A stretch of DNA of 64,000 bases from a virus (Duplodnaviria > Caudoviricetes): the IMG/VR virus record IMGVR_UViG_3300031836_000002, positions 1 to 64,000 of that record. The stretch is one strand, 5' to 3'. The notes beneath the pieces are model-generated. The model had not been told where the DNA came from, searched no databases, and worked only from the letters and a program-made list of their open reading frames with translations. Each line of letters starts with the position of its first letter. Positions within the stretch are counted from its first letter, which is position 1. Positions 15,219-24,975 of this stretch are shown here, piece by piece. The translations under genes and the position numbers were made by a program.

Positions 15219-16878
15219 GGTTCATATCCTCCGCTGCCATATCCAACATCTCCCGCGCCAACGATAGTAGCCCAGAACCATCTCCAGTCAGGGACAGCCG
15301 TCTCTCGAACTCTTCCAGATCTTCGTCCTTCTCATCCGGGGGTTTTTCTTCTGCTCCCACGTCTGAAATCTTCTTTAGGAATTCTTCCAGAGTCCAGTCT
15401 CCCTCTAGTCCCAGTTCGGATCCTGCTACGTCTACCGGGGCTGCTGGATCTACCGGGGCTGCTGAGGGATCAACACCCTGCTGCTGAGCTGCCAGATCTT
15501 GTGCCTCTGCCTCTGCCTCAGCCTCAGCCTCCTCACTCTCTCGCATATCCACTTCGTCGTAGTCAATCTCCAAACCAAACTCTTCTGCTTGGTGCTCTTC
15601 GAGCGCTCGCAGGAACTCGGGGGTAACCGTGGTCTGGTTGGCCAGCTTGTCGAACGTGGCTGCAATTGCACCCTTTTGTTCGTCTGTGAGCTTTCCCCAT
15701 GTGAAGGTGGGGTACCGACCTCCGGTGAAGTTGTAGTCCACAAGCTGAGGAATAATGTAGTGGTTGATCTGGGCTGCAATGTCGTCCATGACGGCTCGAA
15801 GCATCAACACAAACATGTCGTCGCCGGGGGCTGCAAAGTTGACTAGAGAACCTTCTCCGGCTCCCGCTCCTTGCTCCTTGTCGAAGAACGACGCGAGGAT
15901 GGACTTCGACATCTGAGAGTTGTGGTGGTTCACCCAGTTCAAGAATTCGAAGGATCCGGCTTCCTTGAGCACCTCTACCTTGAATCCTTCAGGCATCATC
16001 ATCCACTGAGCCAGTGCGAGGTTGGCTAGTGAGGTGTTGAATTCCTTCTTGGACGCTGTAGTGGCACCTGCCGGTACTGTTCCCACGCGGGTACCTACGG
16101 CTGCACGCTGTGCAGCCAAGTGAGCAATGAAGTAGGTCTTGACTTTCTTGTCATAGTGATAAAAAGCAGACTGGAAGAAGCTAACTCCGTAGAACTTGCG
16201 CTCTTCTTCTTGTGCTGCGTAGTAGAAGGCTTGCTCGCGTGGGATGAAAACGTCGAGCTGCTTTCCTCCCATGTAGGAGCGCTGACGCAGGCCGGAGAAC
16301 CCTCCAGACTTGTCCACTATGAACGTGACAGTCTCTGCTGGACGGTGTGCCAGCTTCTTGAGGGTGATCTTCCCAGCAAGAGGTCCGGTCTCAGGTGCCC
16401 AGAAAACCTTCTCGAAGGCTGCAAAGCCATCGAACATTCCCTGAAGCATTTGGCTGATGAATCGGTGGAAGGTGACTGTCATTCCACCACTCTCAGGAGG
16501 AGTTCGTAAGACTGCACTGATGAAGTCTGCTTCCTCTTCTCCATCCTCGGCAGGGACGAACGTAGCGGTGCTCAGAGCTGATCTGATCGGTAGAGTCAAG
16601 AGACGGTAAAGAGCGCGTGCTTGGCCATCCATACGGCGCATGGTGACAAGCTGGCGGACAGTGGGTCCCCACTCTTCACTCTCGTCGCGGAAGACTTCCT
16701 GTAGGTCCTTTTGAGGATCCTTCTTAGTACCATTCTTGATTGGCTGGTACGGAGAAGCGAATGGAAGTAGGGAGTCGGAGCCTAGCTCTACGTTCAGAGC
16801 GGCGATCTCTATGCTCGCAGGCTTGGGTGTCTTCTTCTTGCGATTCGATGTCGGTGTGACCTCATCGTCTTTGGCCAT
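15211..16878 (-). CDS. Portal protein (Mu gp29-like)
   Basis: 555 aa directly after TerL; M.RMDGQARA, GFAAFEKV, YGVS.FQSA, HHNSQMSKSILA, IIPQLVDYNF patterns; acidic C-terminal tail. Confidence 0.88.
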   Translation of the reverse strand: MAKDDEVTPTSNRKKKTPKPASIEIAALNVELGSDSLLPFASPYQPIKNGTKKDPQKDLQEVFRDESEEWGPTVRQLVTMRRMDGQARALYRLLTLPIRSALSTATFVPAEDGEEEADFISAVLRTPPESGGMTVTFHRFISQMLQGMFDGFAAFEKVFWAPETGPLAGKITLKKLAHRPAETVTFIVDKSGGFSGLRQRSYMGGKQLDVFIPREQAFYYAAQEEERKFYGVSFFQSAFYHYDKKVKTYFIAHLAAQRAAVGTRVGTVPAGATTASKKEFNTSLANLALAQWMMMPEGFKVEVLKEAGSFEFLNWVNHHNSQMSKSILASFFDKEQGAGAGEGSLVNFAAPGDDMFVLMLRAVMDDIAAQINHYIIPQLVDYNFTGGRYPTFTWGKLTDEQKGAIAATFDKLANQTTVTPEFLRALEEHQAEEFGLEIDYDEVDMRESEEAEAEAEAEAQDLAAQQQGVDPSAAPVDPAAPVDVAGSELGLEGDWTLEEFLKKISDVGAEEKPPDEKDEDLEEFERRLSLTGDGSGLLSLAREMLDMAAEDMNHA

Positions 16879-16880
16879 AA

Positions 16881-19616
16881 CTACATCATCCCCTTCATCC
16901 CGATAGGCAGCTCAAGAGGCCCTCCGAGCATAAATCCTACCTCGTCACTGCCTTCCAGCTCCGAGATTGCGGAGCCGACTTCGAAGAAGGGAACGCCTAC
17001 CTCTGTACTTCTACCATCGGCATCTTCTTCTCCGCCTGCTTCAATGGCTCCAACAATGGAGCATGCGAGTGCGTCTGCGAGGTCTTTTGAGTTGTGAACG
17101 AACACCCCGCCAGACAATGCGAAGTTATGAAACTCGTCCACTTCTAGGTCGAAAACAGGCTCAGGCTCGTCCAGAACCACCGGAATGACGGCTCGAACCT
17201 TGTGGTTGTTATCTGTCGATGCAAGCAATTCAGGGAAGGTCACTCTCTCCACTCGAAGTCTGCCCTCCACTACCTTCCAGTCACAGTTCAAGATCCGTGC
17301 GGCTTCAGCTCTGTTGGTAGCTCCTTCCCGAATAGCTCCAAGGATGCTGTCCACAGTCACGTCCTCCCGGAAACGGGCTACCCTCCGGCCCGAGTAGGCG
17401 GCTGCTTTGCGCTCTGGATCGGCTGCCCATTCAGTGTGGCCTGCTCGCATTGCCACGACTCGATCACTCCAAAACTCGTTGCCGTGGTGAGTCACATGAT
17501 CGACCTGAGAAATCATCTCCAGATTCTCGGGTCGATTGTCGATCTTCACCTCGTTCTTGTGGTGTACTACCTCATGAGAGACCCGCGTGCGCCCCTCGAA
17601 ATGTTCCGACACCATGTGGTGCGCCAGAGTCCGCAGGCCATCCTTGTCAGTGAGTCTGGTGTAGCCACCGTTGACTGGCCAATTGAAGGTAATCGGCATA
17701 AGTCGGTCGATTCCCGGTCGAAGGTCCTTAGCCTCCCGATAAGAGCCATCACGGAGCATCCAGAGGTGTTCTGGAGTGCAGCGAGCGACGTAGCCGCTGT
17801 CCAAAATCACGTCCACCAACTCTGTGGTCATCTTGGTCATTCTCCCTCTGGCGAGTCCCGGCTTGATCTTGCCACAAGCATTGACAGAGTAGACCCACAC
17901 CTGTTGCCCAACCAGTTCGCTGATTTGGGGGAAGGTCCCATCCAGCAGCGGAATCCGTGTCTCACCAACAAAACATCCGTGCGGAGGATGATCCACTTTG
18001 TTGTTCACACGGTTCAGAGAGACCAGTTCGTCCATGAGTAGCTGATCGAAGGGCATGTGGAGTCGCCCATCTGAGGCCACATCCTTGAGGGTCTTCCACA
18101 CATCGTCGTTGATGTCCGCGGAGACTCTCTTGGATTCGATGCCGTGCCTATTGAGGACTTGGATCGTGTCGGCTGATTGGAACCCGTCGAAGGTGAAGCT
18201 CCGAATGTAGAAGCCTCGTTTGATTAGTTCGAAGGCCAGCATGCGTGCCCACCGGATCTGGATCTCTCTGGGAGGGAGGGCTGAACTCTTGGCAGAGAAT
18301 CCAAAAACGAAGTCCACCTTGATGATAGGTACCAGCGTGGCTATCGGGTAGAGGCCACCCTCTTCGTCCTCCACCATATCTACCTGCTCGATCCACTTTT
18401 CCACGTGGCTCATAGCAATTCCAGCTCGGTCGCCCTTGATCGCGAGGTCGCCGTGCATGGCGTAGTTGGCTCCTTGAATGGGAACGAAATCTGGAGCGAA
18501 GTTATATACCGGCTCCCATCCCTCCGTCACGGTGCCTGTCTGATCGGACTTGATCTTGGTGAGCTTGTAGTCCACCGTCAGTGGAGACTCATCTCGAACC
18601 ACAGCGTTTTTGAAAATAGCGGGGTTACGGAAGTAGGCGTCCACAGCACGGGTCGGCTTGCACTCGTACATAGCTGCTGCGGCATCCGGGTCTTCCTCGT
18701 AGTCTTCCGCGAAGTCTTCCTTGCCGGACACGCGAGGATTCACTTCCCAAGTTGCTAGTGGCCCAGAGACGAAGTGGATCGAGGAATCTCCGTACTTCTC
18801 GATGGAGGCATTGCCTTCGGCAGTCAGCCGTTGGATTGTCGATCCCTTATAGCGAGGGTACGAGATCGAGACGCGCTTGTACGTGCGTGGGAATCTGGTA
18901 GCTGCTGACCCTTTGAGCATCTTCAGGATGGACTCCGCGGATGTCGATGCCTCTCGTGCTCGCTTGCCCTGACCCACCATCTCGTCCTTGGCCTTGAATG
19001 CGTCGATCTCATCGGCAACACCAAGGATGAGGTTCAGCCCTTCTTGACCTTCGGCATCAGAGTGGCCAGAGATAGCTTCGAGGTATTTGTCATACTGGAT
19101 GTGACCCTGCTTGGGGTCGGCCTTATCTTTGAACCACCCGCGCTTGACGGCTTCAGTCATCGGCTTGAAGAAGGCTTGGTTAGCCTGTCCGGAGTTGGCC
19201 GCAATGTTGAGCATGTGGATGGAGTCAGTCTCAGGCATCTGGAAGTAGAGCTGAGGAGATTTCAGACATAGGAGAAGATATGCGATCCTCAATGAAGAGA
19301 GTCGAGCAATCATGTCCTTGCCTGCACCCTTGCCGTATTGGAGGGTGATGATGTTCTTCACTGGAAGATCGGCTGCCCAGTACTCAGAGTCAAATTCTTC
19401 TGCCATGAGAGGGTACAGCTCTGGATAGTAGACCCGCTCGATGTGACGAATAGCGTTCGCCTGCACAGTGGAAAGCTCTACATTGGTCTGGCCTAGGAAT
19501 TTCTTGTCTTGGACAAACGTCTGTAGGGGGACAGGCTCTTCCTCAAAGATCTGAGCCAGAGTACTCTGTTCTGGTTCCTCGTCTTGGAGGAAGAATCCTG
19601 AAAGGGGTCCTTGCAT
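16881..19616 (-). CDS. terL: Terminase large subunit with intein
   Basis: Walker A GKGAGKD, Walker B VADEID, nuclease motifs HGDLA..GD and DHPPHG|SKDLADA split by an intein. Confidence 0.92.
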   Translation of the reverse strand: MQGPLSGFFLQDEEPEQSTLAQIFEEEPVPLQTFVQDKKFLGQTNVELSTVQANAIRHIERVYYPELYPLMAEEFDSEYWAADLPVKNIITLQYGKGAGKDMIARLSSLRIAYLLLCLKSPQLYFQMPETDSIHMLNIAANSGQANQAFFKPMTEAVKRGWFKDKADPKQGHIQYDKYLEAISGHSDAEGQEGLNLILGVADEIDAFKAKDEMVGQGKRAREASTSAESILKMLKGSAATRFPRTYKRVSISYPRYKGSTIQRLTAEGNASIEKYGDSSIHFVSGPLATWEVNPRVSGKEDFAEDYEEDPDAAAAMYECKPTRAVDAYFRNPAIFKNAVVRDESPLTVDYKLTKIKSDQTGTVTEGWEPVYNFAPDFVPIQGANYAMHGDLAIKGDRAGIAMSHVEKWIEQVDMVEDEEGGLYPIATLVPIIKVDFVFGFSAKSSALPPREIQIRWARMLAFELIKRGFYIRSFTFDGFQSADTIQVLNRHGIESKRVSADINDDVWKTLKDVASDGRLHMPFDQLLMDELVSLNRVNNKVDHPPHGCFVGETRIPLLDGTFPQISELVGQQVWVYSVNACGKIKPGLARGRMTKMTTELVDVILDSGYVARCTPEHLWMLRDGSYREAKDLRPGIDRLMPITFNWPVNGGYTRLTDKDGLRTLAHHMVSEHFEGRTRVSHEVVHHKNEVKIDNRPENLEMISQVDHVTHHGNEFWSDRVVAMRAGHTEWAADPERKAAAYSGRRVARFREDVTVDSILGAIREGATNRAEAARILNCDWKVVEGRLRVERVTFPELLASTDNNHKVRAVIPVVLDEPEPVFDLEVDEFHNFALSGGVFVHNSKDLADALACSIVGAIEAGGEEDADGRSTEVGVPFFEVGSAISELEGSDEVGFMLGGPLELPIGMKGMM
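17091..17975 (-). mobile_element. Intein (295 aa) with HNH homing endonuclease
   Basis: Starts CFVGETRI, block B CTPEH, ends FDLEV..HNF...VHN followed by Ser; internal VHHKNEVKIDNRPENLEMI HNH motif. Confidence 0.92.
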
Positions 19617-19618
19617 TC

Positions 19619-20359
19619 CTACAGCTTAGCTGCCATTTGTGAAATTCTATCAAGTGGAGACGTGGAGAGGTTCAAGAGATCTCCAAGCAGGGCGATCTCA
19701 CTCTCCGAGAGGTCCTCGTCCGGGTCGATGACTTCCACGTACTCCTGAGTAACCGGGGTGGACTCACCGAAGTGAACAGTGGATCCCTGCACGCCATAAG
19801 GAACCTTCAGAAGCTGCAACTTGTCATCGACAGGAGTTTCTACTTCAACGATGATGTAGTCCGTCCACAGTTCCTTGATGTACGTGTACGGAATCGGGTC
19901 GTACATGTCATCCCTGCCGAACTCTTCTCTGTGAGTTTTACGGAGTCGAGACTGCTCACCGTTGTAGGCGCGGCGCACGAGGTCGGTGTTGAATGACCCT
20001 ACGTTGGAGAGCATGATGTACTTGTCTTCCCCGTTGGGGTGACTAGCTGCTACCAACTTCTTGGCTTTGTTCTTGGCCTTAAGGGCTGTCCACTGTGCTA
20101 CTGCCTTGGCTGCCTTGGCCTTGGTGTCAGCATCTACGTCTCCGCCGCCAGCTGCCCACTTCTTGACTTGGTTCACTGCAATGGCAATGGCCGCGGACTT
20201 GGACTTGCCTGACTTCATGATGCCTTTGGCAATTTTGCAGATGTAGTTCGGGAGTCCTCCGGACTTCTCCACCCAATTCTTCTTTGGACTGGAATCCAGA
20301 GAGCATCCACCACCGGGGGTCCCGGCTAGGAAAATGATCAGGTCGTAATCGTCACTCAT
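19619..20359 (-). CDS. Conserved-looking head-associated hypothetical protein
   Basis: 246 aa, NWVEKSGGLPNYI..IAK...AIAIAVN.VKKWAAG; in the packaging operon; contains several [ILV]-x-L-[SA] motifs. Confidence 0.6.
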   Translation of the reverse strand: MSDDYDLIIFLAGTPGGGCSLDSSPKKNWVEKSGGLPNYICKIAKGIMKSGKSKSAAIAIAVNQVKKWAAGGGDVDADTKAKAAKAVAQWTALKAKNKAKKLVAASHPNGEDKYIMLSNVGSFNTDLVRRAYNGEQSRLRKTHREEFGRDDMYDPIPYTYIKELWTDYIIVEVETPVDDKLQLLKVPYGVQGSTVHFGESTPVTQEYVEVIDPDEDLSESEIALLGDLLNLSTSPLDRISQMAAKL

Positions 20360-20361
20360 GA

Positions 20362-20694
20362 CTACTTGCCCCTGCTGAAGATGCCCTGCTTCTTCGTGCC
20401 TTCGTCCGGTGTGGTCTCCGGCTCCACTGCTGGTTCTGCTGCTGGCTCCACTGCTGGTTCTGCTGCTGGCTCCACTGCTGGTTCTGCTGCTGGCTCCACT
20501 GCTGGTTCTGCTGCTGGCTCCACTGCTGGTTCTTCGGCAGGAGTTTCCTTGTCCTCTGGAGCTGCTGGAGTTCCCTGTAGCTCAGCGTATGTGGCTCCGC
20601 TGGCCATGCTCTCTCCCTCTTCGAGAGTGGAGCTGAGGACTTCCTTGCCTGCTGAGTTGATTTTCAAAATTGAGCTTGAGAAGTGAATAGTCAT
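20362..20694 (-). CDS. Low-complexity Glu/Pro/Ala-repeat protein
   Basis: 110 aa, SD AGGAG, (EPAVEPAA)n tract. Confidence 0.65.
   Translation of the reverse strand: MTIHFSSSILKINSAGKEVLSSTLEEGESMASGATYAELQGTPAAPEDKETPAEEPAVEPAAEPAVEPAAEPAVEPAAEPAVEPAAEPAVEPETTPDEGTKKQGIFSRGK
20420..20533. repeat. Tandem 24-bp repeat x~4.7
   Basis: GGCTCCACTGCTGGTTCTGCTGCT repeated. Confidence 0.95.
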
Positions 20695-20703
20695 GGGGAT
20701 CTC

Positions 20704-21153
20704 CTATAGTCCGATGTTGGCAAACTTGTCCGCCAGAACTCGGCGCACAGTGCGTCGATCCTCTGGGTCCTTTACCTCTGAGACAGCCTCAGACACGATG
20801 GTCTGAACTTCAATCAGAAGTGCACTGCGTAGCTTATCGTCACTGGCCGCAAGGAGTCTATTGAACTCTTGAGTCAGGGACAGCCAGTAGACGTTGAATT
20901 CTTTCTGCTGATTCATCGTGAAGGTGCTGGTGTTTTCCTTGTGCTTGATCTGCACGTAGAAAGACGAGATGCGCTCGATGAGCAATTGCTGGAGGGTGTT
21001 CATCGGAAGACCCTTGGCTTCCTGCCTTAGGCGCTTCACCATCTCCTCATAGAGGGTCACCAGAGGCTCATTCTCCATGATGAACTCTGGCAACATGAAG
21101 GCGTTGTCCAGCCCATCCGGGGTGGGTTCATCCAAGGGAGAGATTTCAGTCAT
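20704..21153 (-). CDS. Helical hypothetical protein, possible small terminase
   Basis: Start revised to ATG 21153 (SD AGGA); position upstream of terL; function inferred from synteny only. Confidence 0.45.
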   Translation of the reverse strand: MTEISPLDEPTPDGLDNAFMLPEFIMENEPLVTLYEEMVKRLRQEAKGLPMNTLQQLLIERISSFYVQIKHKENTSTFTMNQQKEFNVYWLSLTQEFNRLLAASDDKLRSALLIEVQTIVSEAVSEVKDPEDRRTVRRVLADKFANIGL

Positions 21154-21895
21154 GGTTCCTACTATCGACCAAACGATACGCAGGAGTGTTCCTGTGCTGT
21201 ACAAAGTCTTCAAGGTGTAAGAAGTTACCCGGCGTTCCGTGGGTTCCCACTACTCCGATGTTGTTGGTTCTGCTCACCACAGGACACACGCTCGTGAGAC
21301 CCAGCCGAGGAAGTAGCCGTGTGTTGATATTCCAGTCCCAGCCTGACTGGTTTCCGGGACGAAGATTGAAGGTGGAGTAATCGTGGTCCCATGTTGGGCT
21401 GAGAAGTTCTTGCCATCTGTCCCGCCATGTTCCCCACATCAATGGGCTGAATTTGGAAATTAGCTCCACATCCCGCGCACTTCCTTCGGCTTCTGAGAAG
21501 GCATGAACTGTGGCCACCGAAGGATCTAGCTTGAACTTTTTTGCTGCCCATGAGAAGTACTCCAGCACGTCATTGGAGACGATGATGTCATCCTCTGCCC
21601 GAACCACGAAATCGTAATTTCCTTGGAGGTTTGTGGAGAACAAATTCTCGAATCCTACCCATGGGTGGTGGAGGACTCCGTAAACCTGTGGATTGACTTG
21701 GATGGAGAATCGTCGGAACTTGGTCTTCCTACTGAACTCTTCAAATTCTTCTACGATCTGGTGAGACAGATCGCTAGGTTCGATCATGGCAACCATGTCC
21801 CATTCCTCTACTCCGACCACACTCTCCCAAGTGTGGAGTACCTGCTGAAGGTAGGAAAGGCGGTTATACGCCGTCAGGAATAACGCTTTTCTCAC
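21146..21895 (-). CDS. Glycosyltransferase (GT-A fold)
   Basis: LFLTAYNR..YL start, RAEDDI (DxD-like), WGTWRDRW, PVVSRTNNIG..G.H. Confidence 0.8.
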   Translation of the reverse strand: MRKALFLTAYNRLSYLQQVLHTWESVVGVEEWDMVAMIEPSDLSHQIVEEFEEFSRKTKFRRFSIQVNPQVYGVLHHPWVGFENLFSTNLQGNYDFVVRAEDDIIVSNDVLEYFSWAAKKFKLDPSVATVHAFSEAEGSARDVELISKFSPLMWGTWRDRWQELLSPTWDHDYSTFNLRPGNQSGWDWNINTRLLPRLGLTSVCPVVSRTNNIGVVGTHGTPGNFLHLEDFVQHRNTPAYRLVDSRNHD

Positions 21896-22593
21896 TGGGT
21901 TCCAGTTTCCACGAAGTTGGTTCGTCCGTCTTTCTTGTGTCCCCAGTGATGCACTGCGATGGTTCCCGAATGGAAGTTTGCTTCTTCTACATACATGGAT
22001 GCGTCCCCACCCAGATCCACGTCTCGCCAGTGAACCGGGTTGAAGGCTTCAACGGGATAGACGTGGATCTGGTCTGGGTTCTTTCGAGCTTGGTCTGTAA
22101 GAAGGCTGGGTCCGGTGGTCTTCACCATCTCGTCCGTAGGGTTAGCAAAATACCGTTCCGGAAGCTCCTTCAAGAGTTGGGTCCAAAAAGGGTTGTGAGG
22201 CTCTGGTGCACCTATGGCGGAGTTGACAATGCTCCAGTCCGAAGTGTTTTCATAGGAGGCCCAAGCCTTCTGTGGCATGTCTGGAAAGGGTCTGATGGGT
22301 TGCATGTCACAGTTGACGTAAACCCCTCCCCAGCGCTCTACGAGAGCATATCCAAGGACATCAGCCAGCTGGACGTAGTACTCAATTCCATTTCGTCCAG
22401 CGTCGCGGTCTTTGAGGCTTTGGAACACAGGAAGAAGCTCTGGGAAATCAGCAATACATCCCATATCCCAGTCGATTACCTGCCACTCCGGATTCATCTC
22501 TTGCCACATCTGACCGAAAATCGTGTACTCATCCGGCATGTCTCTGCCCGCCCAGAAGCGGTGGATGGTGTGGAGGTAATCTCTATCGCTCAT
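21892..22593 (-). CDS. Glycosyltransferase (DxD-type, OCH1/GT32-like)
   Basis: IHRFW, W..MNPEW, ADVL.Y..V..WGGVYVNCD, TGP.LLT, AVHHW. Confidence 0.82.
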   Translation of the reverse strand: MSDRDYLHTIHRFWAGRDMPDEYTIFGQMWQEMNPEWQVIDWDMGCIADFPELLPVFQSLKDRDAGRNGIEYYVQLADVLGYALVERWGGVYVNCDMQPIRPFPDMPQKAWASYENTSDWSIVNSAIGAPEPHNPFWTQLLKELPERYFANPTDEMVKTTGPSLLTDQARKNPDQIHVYPVEAFNPVHWRDVDLGGDASMYVEEANFHSGTIAVHHWGHKKDGRTNFVETGTQ

Positions 22594-23510
22594 TTGAAAT
22601 TCTTCCTGTAGTAGGCCACAGTCTTGGCGATTCCTTGCTCCAGTGGAATCAACCTCTTCTTGCCCGTACCATAGAGAATCTCCTGTGTGGAAGTGTCTGC
22701 TTTGACAACAGCTCCGGGAGTCTCTCCGGGTCGGAGTGGGAGGTGGGTGATCTGTCCTGATCCGGTGTGGTGTATCACCTGACGAGCTATATCTAGGACC
22801 GTGGTGTTTCTTCCCGTTCCTGCCTCGATGGGGTTTTTGAAGAATCCTGTTGCTGCCGTGGCGTACAGGGCATCTACGAGGAAGTCGGCCACGTCCGAGA
22901 CGTAGATCATGTCCATGACCTGACTGCCATCTCCGTAGACCTCGATGTCATCCTCATGCAAGGCACGTTGGATGAAGCTGGGCATGATCTTGCGGACCTT
23001 GCTCGTGCCATACGGGGCAGACACCGACTGGCGCGGTCCGTAGGCGTTGAGTGCCCTTACGATGCTCACTTGAGTGCCTCGGTAGTCGTTGAACATGTGG
23101 ACCAAGCGCTCGACTGTGCTCTTCGAGATTGAGTAGGGGTTGTTCTCCCAGTGATTGCCTACCGCGATGTTGACGCCGGGAACGTCGTACTGAGCAGCGG
23201 CCTCCAGAACATTCAGACCGGCAACGATGTTGGTCATCACAGCCGGTCTGGGGTTGGAGATAGTCTCTTGCGTTCCAAGGACTCCTGCGAGGTGAATGAA
23301 CCCGTCCACGTGCGCCATAGCTTCTGTGACTGCCACCTCATCGCGAATGTCTCCAAGGAAGTATGAGACTTCGGGAATCCGTTCTGAGTCTGCTGGGACG
23401 GAGTGGTCAAGGACAACCACTGACAGTCCGTCTCTCAGCAATCTTTCAATCACATAGGATCCAATAAACCCGGACCCTCCCGTCACGAGGACTTTGGAGA
23501 CATGGGTCAT
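22590..23510 (-). CDS. NAD-dependent nucleotide-sugar epimerase/dehydratase
   Basis: VLVTGGSGFIG, HLAG, YSISK (YxxxK), NAYGPRQ, YGDGSQ..D.IYVSD. Confidence 0.92.
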   Translation of the reverse strand: MTHVSKVLVTGGSGFIGSYVIERLLRDGLSVVVLDHSVPADSERIPEVSYFLGDIRDEVAVTEAMAHVDGFIHLAGVLGTQETISNPRPAVMTNIVAGLNVLEAAAQYDVPGVNIAVGNHWENNPYSISKSTVERLVHMFNDYRGTQVSIVRALNAYGPRQSVSAPYGTSKVRKIMPSFIQRALHEDDIEVYGDGSQVMDMIYVSDVADFLVDALYATAATGFFKNPIEAGTGRNTTVLDIARQVIHHTGSGQITHLPLRPGETPGAVVKADTSTQEILYGTGKKRLIPLEQGIAKTVAYYRKNFK

Positions 23511-23522
23511 GGTTCCCTGCTT

Positions 23523-24650
23523 TCAGTTCTTTCGCTGCCGGATGTCCGATAGCGATAATTTACGGGGGGGTTCAGGTGCTGCCTTGGGTGGTTCTGATGT
23601 GGTCACTGGAGAACCTACAGGGGCTGTAGCCACCGGTGTCTTCCCGCGTGTGATAGCTTCCGCAATAAGCATAAGGGCTATTTCAAGATTTCCTCTTGGG
23701 TCATCGGATACACGAATTCTTGTTTTTAGGTCCCAGAGGATCCTGCTGGCCATGAAGAGTCGGTCGGTATCCACCCGCTGCGCGATGTTGGAGCGGGCTT
23801 GAGCACGAGTTCCGGAGAGTTGGAGAGTGCCTCCGGCCTTGAGGACGTAGAGATCTCGAATCAGCTTGGAGAGCTGTGCTGCCACCACAGACGCATTCCC
23901 AACCGAGAGCATGATCTCATCGAACGCGGCGTAGAACTTTGCTGGGTCCCCTGTCAGGAGCGCGGAGAATAGCACTGGGGCTGTGTCCGTCTCGCGAAGG
24001 AAGCTAGTGAACTCGTCCGCGGTCGTGATCTGCGCTCGCGATACCTGATCCAGAGACGTGATGGCCGTCCGGACGTTGCCGCTAGCGCGCTCAGTGAGAA
24101 TCGAGAGAAGCTCTGGAGAGGCTTCGATGTTCTCGGCTTTAGCTATCTTGCCTAGTCGAGTAACGATGTCTCCCGGAGATACCCGATAGAACTGGAACTC
24201 GGTCAATCGAGTCTGGACCGTCTCCGGAATCTTCTCTGGCTCGGTGGTGACCATGACGAAGATGGTTCCCGTGGGTGGGTTCTCCAGCGTCTTCAGAAGA
24301 GCATTGAAGGCGTCTCTCGACATCGAGTGAGCCTCATCGTAGATCACAATGCGGTGCTTGCTCCCAGAGGAGTATCGCAGAGACTCGATCAGCGAGCGCA
24401 CGTCGGCCACGCCACCATTAGACGCCGCGTCCACCTCGATCACGGAGAGGTCGTCAGCGGAGCCATTCAGCTCTGCTGCCAAAACCCGTGCCGCCGATGT
24501 TTTGCCTGTACCGGAAGGGCCGGAGAAGAGTAGACCATCTGGGACTTCTCCAGCTTCGACCATGCGACTAAGAACTACGGCAGTGAGAGGCTGGCCTATC
24601 ATTTCTGAAAATGACTTGGGACGGTATTTTGAGGCTAACGATTCCTTCAT
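23523..24650 (-). CDS. dnaX: DNA polymerase III gamma/tau-like clamp loader subunit
   Basis: KYRP.SF....GQ, GPSGTGKTS, EVDAASNGGV, DEAHSMS..AFNALLKTLE.PP; start revised to ATG 24650. Confidence 0.88.
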   Translation of the reverse strand: MKESLASKYRPKSFSEMIGQPLTAVVLSRMVEAGEVPDGLLFSGPSGTGKTSAARVLAAELNGSADDLSVIEVDAASNGGVADVRSLIESLRYSSGSKHRIVIYDEAHSMSRDAFNALLKTLENPPTGTIFVMVTTEPEKIPETVQTRLTEFQFYRVSPGDIVTRLGKIAKAENIEASPELLSILTERASGNVRTAITSLDQVSRAQITTADEFTSFLRETDTAPVLFSALLTGDPAKFYAAFDEIMLSVGNASVVAAQLSKLIRDLYVLKAGGTLQLSGTRAQARSNIAQRVDTDRLFMASRILWDLKTRIRVSDDPRGNLEIALMLIAEAITRGKTPVATAPVGSPVTTSEPPKAAPEPPRKLSLSDIRQRKN

Positions 24651-24747
24651 ACTCGATTGCCACAATACAAGCACGTCTGATATTCAGCATCCGGGCCGTC
24701 GATCCCAACGTGGTTGCCTTTGGGGGAGTAAGTGCAGTCTGGAAGAG

Positions 24748-24975
24748 CTACCATGATTCAGCCTCAATATCGTCTCGGAAGTCTGCCACGATGGCTGTCA
24801 ACATCTCGTGTTCGGTGGTGCAGTGTGCATAGTAGAAATCGAACGCGAGGGTGATCCGGTCGGAGCACTGGGTGCAAGGCTTCTGCGAGATGATGCAGTC
24901 GTTGTGCACTCCGAGCTGGTGTGCTTTCTTCAGCACCTTACGAGGGATTCCAACTACGGGAGCCAAATCAAGCAT
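24748..24975 (-). CDS. Small Cys/His-containing hypothetical protein
   Basis: ATG overlapping the SbcC-like stop; HNDC..CTQC..HC. Confidence 0.45.
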   Translation of the reverse strand: MLDLAPVVGIPRKVLKKAHQLGVHNDCIISQKPCTQCSDRITLAFDFYYAHCTTEHEMLTAIVADFRDDIEAESW

